A DNA stretch of 44,311 nt. Origin: Deltaproteobacteria bacterium. GTDB lineage: Bacteria; Myxococcota; Myxococcia; Myxococcales; UBA5297. The notes under the pieces were generated by a model. That model had not been told where the DNA came from, made no database searches, and was given only the letters and a program-made list of their open reading frames with translations. A program made the translations under genes and the position numbers. Below are positions 1 through 8,438 of the stretch, one piece after another (position 1 is the first letter of the stretch; every line of letters begins with the position of its first letter). Location: positions 1-44,311 of the forward strand of contig JACRCT010001062.1 in the NCBI GenBank assembly GCA_016218885.1, written 5' to 3'.

Positions 1-989
1 ATCATCCCGTTGCCTTCGATGGAGATGAGCGCCTGGCCGCGGATGGCCGTCAGCGCCTTGACCGGATACTCGCCGGCGGCCACGTCGCCGCCGATGCGCG
101 TGCCGGGGAAGCCGGGGTTGAAGCTGTTGCGCAGGAAGAGGGGGATGCGCTGCTTCAAGAGCGGGATCATGGTGCGCGGATGCAGCACCTTGGCTCCGTA
201 GTAGGCGAGCTCCGCGGCCTCGCGGTAGTGCACCTCCGCCAGGACCCGCGCGTCGGGCACCGCCTTGGGGTCGGCCGTCATCAGCCCGTCCACGTCCTTG
301 AAGAGCGTGACCCTCGCCGCCCCCAGACCTTGGGCGAGGAGCGCCGCCGACAGGTCGGAGCCGCCGCGGCCCAGGGTGACGACTTGCCCCTCTGGTCCTG
401 CGGCGATGAACCCGGGCACCACCGCCACCGCGCCCCGGCGCAGGATCGGCCGCAGCAGCCTCTTGATGGCGCGTGCGCTGCGATCCTGATCGGGCCACAG
501 GCCGTCGGGGGTGAGGGTGGTGAAGAGGACCTCGGTGGCGTCGACGTACTCGGCGGAGACTCCGCTCTCGGACAGGAGGGCCGCGAAGACGCGGGCCATC
601 ACGCGCTCTCCCCGAGCCGCCACGGCGTCGAGCGTGCGGGGCGTGAGCTCGCGCAGCACCGAGACGCTGGCGCAGATTGCTTTCAGCTCGTTGGTCGAGC
701 CTTCGAGCATCTCCTCGAGCGCCGTTCGGATGGCTCGCTGGGAGAAGAGCTGTGCCAGCAGCTCCTCGTGTCGGCGTTGAAACTCGGCAGCGGCCCGCTC
801 CACGTCCGCCTGCTTGCCCGAGAGCGCGGCTTGAGCTGCCCCGAGCAGGAGATCGGTGACGCCGCTGGCCGCCGAGGCCACCACCACGAGAGGAGCTCTG
901 GTCTCGCGCACTCGAGCCAAGGCGAGTCGAAGCGCCTCTGCGCTGCCCATCGAGGTTCCACCGAACTTGAAGACCCAGGGACTTGGCAT
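1..989 (-). CDS. lysC: Aspartate kinase, N-terminal ~329 aa. The 3' end runs off the left window edge, so it is absent from the supplied ORF track.
   Basis: Manual minus-strand translation from the ATG at 989-987 gives MPSPWVFKFGGTSMGSAEALRLA..VVVASAASGVTDLLL..TLGRGGSDLSAALLAQGLGAARVTLFKDVDGLMTADPK..YYGAKVLHPRTMIPL. It carries the KFGGTS and GRGGSD amino-acid-kinase motifs. A GAGGAG SD lies 4 nt upstream. Confidence 0.9.
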   Translation of the reverse strand, partial: MPSPWVFKFGGTSMGSAEALRLALARVRETRAPLVVVASAASGVTDLLLGAAQAALSGKQADVERAAAEFQRRHEELLAQLFSQRAIRTALEEMLEGSTNELKAICASVSVLRELTPRTLDAVAARGERVMARVFAALLSESGVSAEYVDATEVLFTTLTPDGLWPDQDRSARAIKRLLRPILRRGAVAVVPGFIAAGPEGQVVTLGRGGSDLSAALLAQGLGAARVTLFKDVDGLMTADPKAVPDARVLAEVHYREAAELAYYGAKVLHPRTMIPLLKQRIPLFLRNSFNPGFPGTRIGGDVAAGEYPVKALTAIRGQALISIEGNGM

Positions 990-1137
990 TCGCTCCTCGC
1001 CCCGCTCGAGTTGCCGACTGCGCGAGTCTGAGTCTGCGCACAACACCTTGGAGAATCCAGCACATCCACGCTGGGCCAGGGGCCCGGCGACAAGTTGCTT
1101 GCCCGAGCTGGGTCCGCGCCGCAGCGTCGGGGGGGCC

Positions 1138-1561
1138 TATTGGTTCAGCTCGCGCATCCTCGTCGAGAGGTAGCGCAAGGGCTCGCGGGTAGCCCAGTCA
1201 TCCTTGGTGAAGCCGCAGCCGATGGCCCACGGCATCCAGCCGTCGACTCCGCTCGCCTCGGCTCCTTCGATGAGGCGCTGCCGTCAAGAGCCAGCTCCCA
1301 GCTCGCCCCCGACGGGTCGAACTCGAGCGAGCAGACGTTCACGCCGCGCAGGCGGATGAGCCTGCCGGCGCTCGAGGTGACCAGGTCGGTGCCCTCGACG
1401 CGAAGACGCGGGAGCGATGAGGCTGGCGCCGGCGTCGGCTCCACCGGTGCGCCCCAGTCGGGACCGGCGGCGTCGAAGGGTTCAGCTTCCTCGGCGCAGG
1501 CCGCGCCTCCGAGGACGAGGAGAGCTGCTGCGAGAACGCGCCGTGAGCTCATCGAGCCCAT
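1138..1561 (-). pseudogene. Probable remnant of a secreted glycoside hydrolase (GH5/cellulase-like N-terminus), truncated and frameshifted.
   Basis: The 138-aa ORF starts with a lipoprotein-like signal (LLVLGGAAC) and LRVEGTDLVTSSAGRLIRLRGVNVCSLEF, which is typical of the first strand of GH5-type barrels. It then degenerates into Arg/Ser/Ala filler. A second frame ending at 1138 reads ..GVDGWMPWAIGCGFTKDDWATREPLRYLSTRMRELNQ*. The total length is far too short for a TIM-barrel hydrolase. Confidence 0.4.
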
Positions 1562-1629
1562 CTTCGACGCCGAACGGAATCGGCGGCAAGGTCAGGCGTC
1601 CGGGATCTGGCTCACCGGTTCCCTCGCTC

Positions 1630-1662
1630 AATGAGAAGCGGGCGCCGCAAGCGGCGCCCGCT
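1630..1662 (-). terminator. Intrinsic terminator for the repeat-protein gene.
   Basis: There is a perfect GC-rich inverted repeat, AGCGGGCGCCGC / GCGGCGCCCGCT (1637-1648 / 1651-1662). On the minus-strand RNA it is followed by UCUCAUU. It lies 23 nt downstream of the stop at 1685. Confidence 0.6.
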
Positions 1663-1684
1663 CCATACAGAAGAATCGTTGATG

Positions 1685-2542
1685 TCAGTGCTGCATGGCG
1701 TTGCGGACGGCCTCGCTGACGTGCTCGCGCACCGCCTGGCTCACCTGCTCGCGAATCGCGTCGCCTACTCGCTCACGTACGACCTCGGCGACCCGCTCCG
1801 AGTCCACCGGGCCCTGCTGCATGGTCGGCCCCTGGGGCATGGCGGTCTTGAGCGACTCGCCCACGCGCTCGCGCACGACATCGCCGATCCGGTCGCGCAG
1901 CACCTCGCCCATCTTCTCGCGGACGGTATCGCCCAGGCGTTCGCGCACCAGACGAGCGATGCGGTCGGTGTCGAAGCCCTGGGGGCCGACCTGGGTCTGC
2001 ATCAGGGCGCTGCGCAGGGCCTCGCCGAACCGCTCACGGAAGCCTTCGAGCACCCGCTCGCGGACCTTCTCGGCGATGCGGTCGCGCAGGTTCTCGCGGA
2101 TCTGCTCCTCGAGATGGGTGGTGAAGCCCTCGGCTCCGGTCGCGGTGAAGCCCATACCCTGGGACGACTGCAGCTCCGTCCAGGCGCTGCGCAGCGTCTC
2201 GGCGAGCCGCTCGCGCAGCACCTCGCCGAGGCGCTCGCGGACGGACTCGGCCACCTGGTCGCGGATGGCCTCGTGGAGCCGGTCCTTGATCAGGTTCGCG
2301 ACGCGGTCGACGTCGAAGCCGCCTCCGTACTGGGAGAATCGTTGGCTCATGGCGTAGCGAATGGCTTGGCCCAGGCGATCGCGGATGACCTCGTTCACCC
2401 GCTCGCGGATCACCTCGGACATGCGCTCTTTCAAAGCGTCCTCGATGCGTCCGCGTACGGTCTGGGCGATCTTCTCGGCGAGCGGCGCAGGGATGTACGT
2501 CGGAGCATTCGTGTACTGCTGCCACTGGGTTTCCATGGGCAC
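1685..2542 (-). CDS. Arg/Glu-rich tandem-repeat protein of unknown function: five ~55-aa repeats, each made of 8-residue h-G-D/E-x-h-R-E-R units.
   Basis: The ORF is 285 aa. The repeats are visible by eye, for example IARLVRER LGDTVREK MGEVLRDR IGDVVRER VGESLKTA. AGAGGG lies 6 nt upstream of the internal ATG at 2536 (METQW; the ORF opens with a GTG at 2542). A terminator hairpin lies downstream. GC3 is high. Confidence 0.7.
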   Translation of the reverse strand: MPMETQWQQYTNAPTYIPAPLAEKIAQTVRGRIEDALKERMSEVIRERVNEVIRDRLGQAIRYAMSQRFSQYGGGFDVDRVANLIKDRLHEAIRDQVAESVRERLGEVLRERLAETLRSAWTELQSSQGMGFTATGAEGFTTHLEEQIRENLRDRIAEKVRERVLEGFRERFGEALRSALMQTQVGPQGFDTDRIARLVRERLGDTVREKMGEVLRDRIGDVVRERVGESLKTAMPQGPTMQQGPVDSERVAEVVRERVGDAIREQVSQAVREHVSEAVRNAMQH

Positions 2543-2959
2543 CCTCTCTGCGTGACGGTGGGACGACGGCGGTCGGAGCGCGACCGCGAGCGGCTTCTCT
2601 ACGGCTGCGCGAGGATGAGGACCCCTCTCTAGCTCGGCAACGGGCCTCTTTGGGGCGCCCCTCGCTGTGACAGGGCGTTTGCAGGGGCCAGTGCCAAGAG
2701 CGCCCGCGCACTGGACCCTCGCTCACCTTCGCGAAGGGTCTGCGGCCAAGAGCAGCGTCGAAGGAGGGACTCCGCTTGCGGCTGCTCGCCGGCGCCTCGT
2801 GGTAGCGGCGACGTGTCGCTATCGCTGAGCAGGCATCGCCATCGGTCGTCCTCGAGGGGCTCGAGGGGCTCGAATATTGATCCCTCCCCAACCACCGGAT
2901 AGCCTTTCGTTATTCAGGCCGGTTCACGATCTGGCCGGCCATCCTTCCCGGAGTCTTCT

Positions 2960-5900
2960 ATGCGCCTCGCTTGGGCTCATGTGTCTTGTCTTCTCCTCGC
3001 GTCCCTGGTTTCCGGTTGTGAGAAGACCCATCCTGGGACTGCCGCCCTCGGCCAGGCCTGTACCGTCAATGGCGATTGCCAGTCTCCCTTGGTGTGCCTC
3101 GACGGGGCCTGCGCGTCCCCCATGGCGTCGCCGACGGCCTGCGAACCCGGCGGGCTGCGGTGCAACGGCACGGACGTGGAGATCTGCAACGCCGCCAAGG
3201 CCTGGGAGTTCAAGACGGCTTGCACTCGTTGCTCGAACGGCGCCTGCTCCGCACAGGTTTGCACGCCCATGGCCACCCGCTGTGGCTCCGAGAACAAGGC
3301 CGCCGAGGCCTGCCTGCCCGATGGCTCGGGATGGTCGGTGATCGAGGTCTGCGAGCTGGGCTGCAGCAATGGCGTCTGCTCGACCTCCGGGGTGGTGATC
3401 TGCACCGGCGGCGACAAGCGCTGCAATGGCGACGCGGTGGAGGCCTGCACCGCCAGCGGCACGGCGTGGGGCTTCGTGCAGTTCTGCGTCACCGGCTGCG
3501 ACGGCGCGACCAAGACCTGCAAGGCTCCGACCTGCGTGCCGTACTCCGGGCGCTGCAGCCCCACCTCGAGCGCCCACGAGCTGTGCAACTCGACGGGGAC
3601 CGGGTTCACCGCCGCCCCCTGCTCCGCGTCGGAGACCTGCATCAACGGCACTTGCCAGGCGACGATCTGCACCCCTGGCCAATCGCGCTGCATGGACGCG
3701 GTGACCCTCGGTCGCTGCAACGGCGCCGGGACCTCCTTCGACTCCACGCCGTGCTCGGCCAATGAGGTGTGCCAGACCGGGACCTGCTCGCCCGTCGTCT
3801 GCGCGCCCTACAGCACCAAGTGCAAGAATGCGGGGACAGCGCAGGTGTGCAACCCCACCGGGACCGCCTGGCTCGAGCTGGAGTGCGGCTCGACCGCCAC
3901 CTGCCAGAACGGAGTCTGCGCCCCCCAGAACGGCGCGGCCTGCCAGGCGGGCACGCAGCGCTGCCTGGACGCCATGACCCTTGCCACCTGTGCCCAGGAC
4001 GGCTCGGGCTACGTCTACAGCGCCTGCGAGGCCTCCCAGGTCTGCTCCAACGCCGCCTGCAAGGCCGTGGTCTGCGCGCCCGGTTCCACCCAGTGCCAGG
4101 ACGCGGCGGCCGAAGGCGTGTGCAACCCGCTGGGGACGGGCTTCACGAGAGTGGTCTGCTCCGGCGGCACCGCGTGCGATCCCTCCGCCGGAGCCTGCGC
4201 CCCGGTGGTCTGCACCACGGGAGCGACGCACTGCGCCGACGTGGCCACCCTCGCCACCTGCAACGCGACGGGAACCGGGTACACCGCCTCTGGCTGCGCC
4301 GCCTCCGAGGTCTGTTCCGGTCGGGCGTGCAAGCCGGTGATCTGTGCCGCGGGTTCCACCAGCTGCGTCGACTCCAGCACGCTCTCGATGTGCAACAGCG
4401 ATGGGACGGGCCGCAACACCTCGGAGTGCGGCCCCAGCAGCGTCTGCAGCTCCGGGCAGTGCAAGTCGGTGGTCTGCGGCCAGGGGGCCACCTACTGCGA
4501 GGACTCCTCCACCGTGGGGACCTGCAACGGCGAGGGGACCGGGTTCACCTTCAGCGCCTGCTCTGCAGGCAGCGTCTGTTCCGCCGGGGCCTGCCTCCCG
4601 CTCGTGTGCGCCCCCAACTCGGCGACCTGCGCTGACGCCCTGCATTCGGTGATCTGCAACGGCACGGGCACGGCGAGCACCACCAACGAATGCTCGTCGG
4701 TCGGGCAGGTCTGCCTCAACGGCATCTGCCAGTCCTCCGGCGGCAACGTCATCTGCGTGCACGGTGCCTACCACTGCAACGGCTCGGACATCGAGCAGTG
4801 CAATCCTTCGGGGACGGGGTGGGTCTACGTGCAGTCCTGCACCGGCGAGTGCAACAACGGGATCTGCGCGGGGACCGCCTGCGCCCCCTTCACCTTGACG
4901 ATCGACCAGTCGCAGCTCCCCGCGGACAACTCCTCGACCACCCTCGTCTCCTCCAGCGTGATCAAGGACCTCGACGGCCACGCGGTTCCGGACGGGACCC
5001 TCTTCACCGTCTCCGCAGGCAGCAACACCGGGGGCGTGCTCTCGTCCGACGCCGACGCGGTTACCGCCGGCACTCAGGTCGCCAGCCTCAACGGCCGCAT
5101 CGACTTCCTGGTCAAGGCGGGTACTGCCTCCACCGCCGGGCAGTCGGCGACGGTCACCGCCACGACGCTGCAGGCTTCGCGGTGCGCGGGGACGGCGACC
5201 CTCAACCTCGTCACCGCGGGCACCAACGGCTTCTTCTCCGAGGACTTCACCCGCACGGCCTACGAGGACCTCGTCACCACCTCGATGTGGGACACCTACC
5301 TCGGCCAGGCGAATTTCCCGCTCACCTCGGGCCTGGGCAATGGCGAGGACGGTGACCTCATCGTTCGCTCCGGCACCTTCAACATCAACACCGACATCAA
5401 CCCGGCCAACCTGACCCGCGCATTCCCTGACGCGGTCTCGTACTCGGTTGCTGCCTTCGTGGGGACCTCGGGCGTGACGGTCACCGGCATCCCGGTGGGC
5501 ATCGTCCCGGGTGACGAGGTGCTCCTCATCAACCTCCAGGGCGGGGGCGGCTTCCCCGTGGCGAACGCCAACAACGCAGGAGTGGGCGTCACCGGCAACG
5601 TCGGGCACTACGAGATCTTCACCGTCCAGTCGGTCGACTTCCAGACCAGCCGGATCACCTTCGCCAGCCCCATCGCCAAGATCTACGGCGCGAGCACCGA
5701 CAACACGACGCTGACGGGCCAGAAGATCGTCGTGCAGCGTATCCCGCACTACGGCAACGTGACGGTCAACGGAACCCTCACCGCCAACGCCTGGGACGGC
5801 AGCAAGGGCGGGCTCTTCTTCATCAAGGCGAAGGGGGCGCTGGTCGTCAACTCGGGCGGTCAGCTCTCCATGTCCTCCAAGGGCTATCGCATGAACAACG

Positions 5901-6724
5901 GTAACTGGGGAACCGGCGAGAGCTACTCCGGTCCGCCGGTAGGTGGCACCACCTGCTACAACAACAACGGCGGCGGCGGCGTCGGCAGCGATGGCGGCAA
6001 CTGCTACTACGGGTCCGGCGGCGGCTACGGCGAGCGCGGCACGGCATGCGTCGCAGGCATCCGCAACAACGGCGGCTTCAGCTATGGAGACGCGAACCTC
6101 ACCGACTGGTTCATGGGCTCGGCGGGGGGCAACTGGGGCGGCGAGGCTGCGGGGTTCCGCGGCGGCGGCATCCTGGTGGCCTGGGCCTCGGCGATCGGTA
6201 TCGTGGGCAACGTTCGCTCCAATGGCGACGGAGGTCCCAACCTCGGCTCCGGGTCTTCGGCGGGCGGTTCGGTCTACCTCCGCGCTACCAACGTGAACAT
6301 CGGCCAGGGGCTCGTCACCGCTTCCGGCGGCTACAATTCCACCCACGGGGGGCACGGCGCGGTCGGTCGCATCCGCATCGACGCGCAATCGGTTCACGCG
6401 GGCGACACCACCAGCCCCACCTTCGTCGCCGGAGGGGCCCTCTCCGGTGGCTCGAAGATCGTCACCGTCACCCTGGACAACACGCCAGGGACGATCACCA
6501 AGGCGCGCATCGTCTCGGTCATCCAGGACACGCGCGGAGGGACCATCCTCTACGAGATGACCTCCAACGGCGGGACGAACTGGAACACCTTCATTCCTGG
6601 TGACCCGCTGCAGAGCTTCTCCACCGCGGCCTCGGATCTGCGCCTGCGCATCACGCTGACCAGCGACGGCAGCAACCTGCCGCTGGGCGTCCAGGGCATC
6701 ACCGTGGAGTACCTCGCTCCGTGA
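2960..6724 (+). CDS. Giant secreted lipoprotein. It contains ~15 tandem Cys-rich ~43-aa modules, an Ig-like (Big_1-like) domain and a Gly-rich beta-helix-like C-terminal domain.
   Basis: The lipobox is LASLVSGC. A GGAG SD lies 7 nt upstream of the ATG. The repeated pattern is C-x-PG-x3-C-x7-10-CN-x2-GTG(F/W/Y)-x5-C-x4-7-C-x-NG-x-C. FTLTIDQSQLPADNSSTTLVSSSVIKDLDGHAVPDGTLFTV is invasin/Big_1-like. The region GGGGVGSDGGNCYYGSGGGYGERG...GGSVYLRATNVNIG...GRIRID is Gly-rich. Confidence 0.85.
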   Translation: MRLAWAHVSCLLLASLVSGCEKTHPGTAALGQACTVNGDCQSPLVCLDGACASPMASPTACEPGGLRCNGTDVEICNAAKAWEFKTACTRCSNGACSAQVCTPMATRCGSENKAAEACLPDGSGWSVIEVCELGCSNGVCSTSGVVICTGGDKRCNGDAVEACTASGTAWGFVQFCVTGCDGATKTCKAPTCVPYSGRCSPTSSAHELCNSTGTGFTAAPCSASETCINGTCQATICTPGQSRCMDAVTLGRCNGAGTSFDSTPCSANEVCQTGTCSPVVCAPYSTKCKNAGTAQVCNPTGTAWLELECGSTATCQNGVCAPQNGAACQAGTQRCLDAMTLATCAQDGSGYVYSACEASQVCSNAACKAVVCAPGSTQCQDAAAEGVCNPLGTGFTRVVCSGGTACDPSAGACAPVVCTTGATHCADVATLATCNATGTGYTASGCAASEVCSGRACKPVICAAGSTSCVDSSTLSMCNSDGTGRNTSECGPSSVCSSGQCKSVVCGQGATYCEDSSTVGTCNGEGTGFTFSACSAGSVCSAGACLPLVCAPNSATCADALHSVICNGTGTASTTNECSSVGQVCLNGICQSSGGNVICVHGAYHCNGSDIEQCNPSGTGWVYVQSCTGECNNGICAGTACAPFTLTIDQSQLPADNSSTTLVSSSVIKDLDGHAVPDGTLFTVSAGSNTGGVLSSDADAVTAGTQVASLNGRIDFLVKAGTASTAGQSATVTATTLQASRCAGTATLNLVTAGTNGFFSEDFTRTAYEDLVTTSMWDTYLGQANFPLTSGLGNGEDGDLIVRSGTFNINTDINPANLTRAFPDAVSYSVAAFVGTSGVTVTGIPVGIVPGDEVLLINLQGGGGFPVANANNAGVGVTGNVGHYEIFTVQSVDFQTSRITFASPIAKIYGASTDNTTLTGQKIVVQRIPHYGNVTVNGTLTANAWDGSKGGLFFIKAKGALVVNSGGQLSMSSKGYRMNNGNWGTGESYSGPPVGGTTCYNNNGGGGVGSDGGNCYYGSGGGYGERGTACVAGIRNNGGFSYGDANLTDWFMGSAGGNWGGEAAGFRGGGILVAWASAIGIVGNVRSNGDGGPNLGSGSSAGGSVYLRATNVNIGQGLVTASGGYNSTHGGHGAVGRIRIDAQSVHAGDTTSPTFVAGGALSGGSKIVTVTLDNTPGTITKARIVSVIQDTRGGTILYEMTSNGGTNWNTFIPGDPLQSFSTAASDLRLRITLTSDGSNLPLGVQGITVEYLAP
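3059..4885 (+). repeat. Coding tandem array of ~129-nt Cys-rich modules (~15 copies, diverged).
   Basis: The Cys spacing and the GTG(F/W/Y) motif are periodic in the translated ORF 2960..6724. Confidence 0.8.
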
Positions 6725-8376
6725 CCCCTCGCGCGGCTCTACTCGTGGCGCTGGCCCTGCTCGGGGCCGGCGCGCCCCCCCGCCTTGCCCTCGGCGCAGA
6801 CGCGGAGTCTGCGCCCCCGCCCGCCCCCGAAGGCCCGTGGGCGGCGACGCACCCGGGCATCCTCGCGGCACCCGGCCTGCTGCGCAGCTCCTCGGCGCTC
6901 CCCTCCGGTCACGTGCTCTCGCTGGCGCTCTCAGGAGCCCTCTTCAGCGGCAGCGACTTCATCTACCCGGGCTCGAGCGACACCTGGGTCGGTGGGACTC
7001 TGGCTGCCGGCATGGCCCCGCTCGACTATCTGGATGCCTTCCTGGCGCTCTCGAGCGGGCGCAATGCCAACGACCGGGGCACTCCCCAGGTGCTCTCCGC
7101 GGGAACCGACCTGCGGCTCGGGGCCCGGCTGCGCCATGGCTTCGGGCCGCTCCACCTTGCCGCGGTGGGGGAGCTGCTTTGGACCTCGCCCATCTCTGGG
7201 GAGTCGCGCGGCGGCTCGGGCTTCGGTGGGGCAGCCCAGGCGGTGGGCTCGCTCTTCATCCCCGCGACGCCCGCGGTGCCGGTGGTCCTCCACGCGAACC
7301 TGGGGTTCCGGCGCGAGGCGGGCAGTGACCTGCTCGGCTCGCGGGTGGGCGCCTTGGCCACCTTCGCCCAGGGCTACTCGCAGTGGAGCACGGTGAACGT
7401 GGCCGCGGCTGCAGAGGTCCGCGTCGGCCCCGTCTATCCCTTCCTCGAGGACGCGCTGGAGGTGCCGGTGGGGTCCGAGGCGCCCTTCTCGGCGTATCCG
7501 TCCCGCCTCGTCCCCGGCATCGGCGCGCAGCTCGGCTACGGCTTCGAGGTCCTCGCCGGGTTGGAGGTGGGCCTGGCGTCACGGCTCTTCGACGGCATCC
7601 CGGCGACGCCCCCCTGGACGGCGCGCCTGGGAATCTCGTACAGCGGGCTGAAGAGCCGGGCTCCGCCGCCCGCACCTCCGCCGGCTCCGGAACCGGTTGC
7701 CGCACCGCCGCCGCCCGAGGAATCGATCGCCATCGTCAAGCACGTTCCGATGACCGGCACCCTCCACGGCACCGTCTCCGACCTCGAAGGTCGTCCGCTG
7801 CAGGCGGTGATCAGCCTTCCCGGGGCGCCAGGGTCGCTGGGGGCGAAGGTGTATGACGCCTCCCCCTCCTACGAGATCGAGCTGCCGGCGGGCGTCTACC
7901 ACGCCGAGGCGATCGCCGAAGGCTTCCTGGTTCGCGGGGGCACCTTCACCATCGAGGCAGGCCAGGCCACGCGCGGCGATTTCCAGCTCCGGCCCGTCCC
8001 CAACGTCAAGGCCGTCCTCCTCACCCGTGAGCAGGTGGAGATCCACCGCTCGATCCTCTTCGCCTTCAACGAGGCGCGGCTGTTGCCGGAGTCGTACTCG
8101 ATCCTCGACGAGGTCATCGACACCCTGCTGCGCAACTCCCAGGTGCGCAAGGTGCGCATCGAGGGCCACACCGACGACGTCGGCACCCTGGAGGCCAATC
8201 AGGCGCTCTCCGAGAACCGGGCGGTGGCGGTGCGCGACTACCTGGTGCAGAAGGGCATCACCGAGGACCGCCTCATGGTGCAGGGCTTCGGCAAAACCCG
8301 GCCCCTGGTCGATAGCCGCACGGAGACGGCGCGGGCGAAGAACCGTCGCGTGCAGTTCTTCATCATCGAGCAGTAG
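6721..8376 (+). CDS. OmpA-family outer-membrane protein: N-terminal barrel-like region, Pro-rich linker, CarboxypepD_reg-like fold and an OmpA_C peptidoglycan-binding domain.
   Basis: It has a signal peptide. APPPAPPPAPEPVAAPPPP forms the linker. GTLHGTVSDLEGRPLQAVISLPG is carboxypeptidase-regulatory-like. The C-terminus reads ILFAFNEARLLPESYSILDEV..VRIEGHTDDVGTLEANQALSENRAVAVRDYL..NRRVQFFI. The GTG start overlaps the upstream stop (GTGA, 4-nt overlap). Confidence 0.9.
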   Translation: MTPRAALLVALALLGAGAPPRLALGADAESAPPPAPEGPWAATHPGILAAPGLLRSSSALPSGHVLSLALSGALFSGSDFIYPGSSDTWVGGTLAAGMAPLDYLDAFLALSSGRNANDRGTPQVLSAGTDLRLGARLRHGFGPLHLAAVGELLWTSPISGESRGGSGFGGAAQAVGSLFIPATPAVPVVLHANLGFRREAGSDLLGSRVGALATFAQGYSQWSTVNVAAAAEVRVGPVYPFLEDALEVPVGSEAPFSAYPSRLVPGIGAQLGYGFEVLAGLEVGLASRLFDGIPATPPWTARLGISYSGLKSRAPPPAPPPAPEPVAAPPPPEESIAIVKHVPMTGTLHGTVSDLEGRPLQAVISLPGAPGSLGAKVYDASPSYEIELPAGVYHAEAIAEGFLVRGGTFTIEAGQATRGDFQLRPVPNVKAVLLTREQVEIHRSILFAFNEARLLPESYSILDEVIDTLLRNSQVRKVRIEGHTDDVGTLEANQALSENRAVAVRDYLVQKGITEDRLMVQGFGKTRPLVDSRTETARAKNRRVQFFIIEQ

Positions 8377-8396
8377 CGGGCTTCTCTCGAGCCTGA

Positions 8397-8427
8397 CTGC
8401 CATCGCCAGAGGTCCTGGCCATGGCAG
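8397..8427. terminator. Hairpin between convergent genes. It may be a bidirectional terminator but has no U-tract.
   Basis: CTGCCATCGCCAG (8397-8409) pairs with CTGGCCATGGCAG (8415-8427). This gives a 13-bp stem with one mismatch and a 5-nt loop. Confidence 0.35.
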
Positions 8428-8438
8428 CGCGAGGCCCT

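Noticed and set aside
2855-2878. A direct repeat, ctcgagggg ctcgagggg ctcgaa, and a nearby ggccgg/ccggcc palindrome in the 417-nt divergent spacer 2543..2959.
   Set aside because: These are short, low-complexity GC-rich repeats that could arise by chance. I cannot tie them to a known operator, although the spacer surely holds two divergent promoters.
3059-4885. Regular ~129-nt and ~135-nt periodicities (also at 13951..15072) and the 21-bp tandem at 33165..33243, considered as possible CRISPR arrays or non-coding repeats.
   Set aside because: All are in-frame coding repeats within clear ORFs. The units are contiguous or diverged, with no unique spacers and no cas genes.
2924-6871. Very long antisense ORFs. 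Examples are 2924..6871 (-) of 1315 aa, 10742..13219 (+) of 825 aa, 20107..22560 (+) of 817 aa, 23977..26646 (+) of 889 aa, 42162..43991 (-) of 609 aa, 13141..14406 (-), 38571..39839 (+) and 7579..8661 (-).
   Set aside because: Those I checked (the first, second, fourth and fifth listed) are codon-aligned with a recognisable gene on the opposite strand. In a very GC-rich genome that antisense frame stays open simply because the sense codons TTA, CTA and TCA are avoided. All the listed products are Arg/Gly/Ala/Pro-rich with no motifs, whereas the opposite strand shows clear domain signatures.
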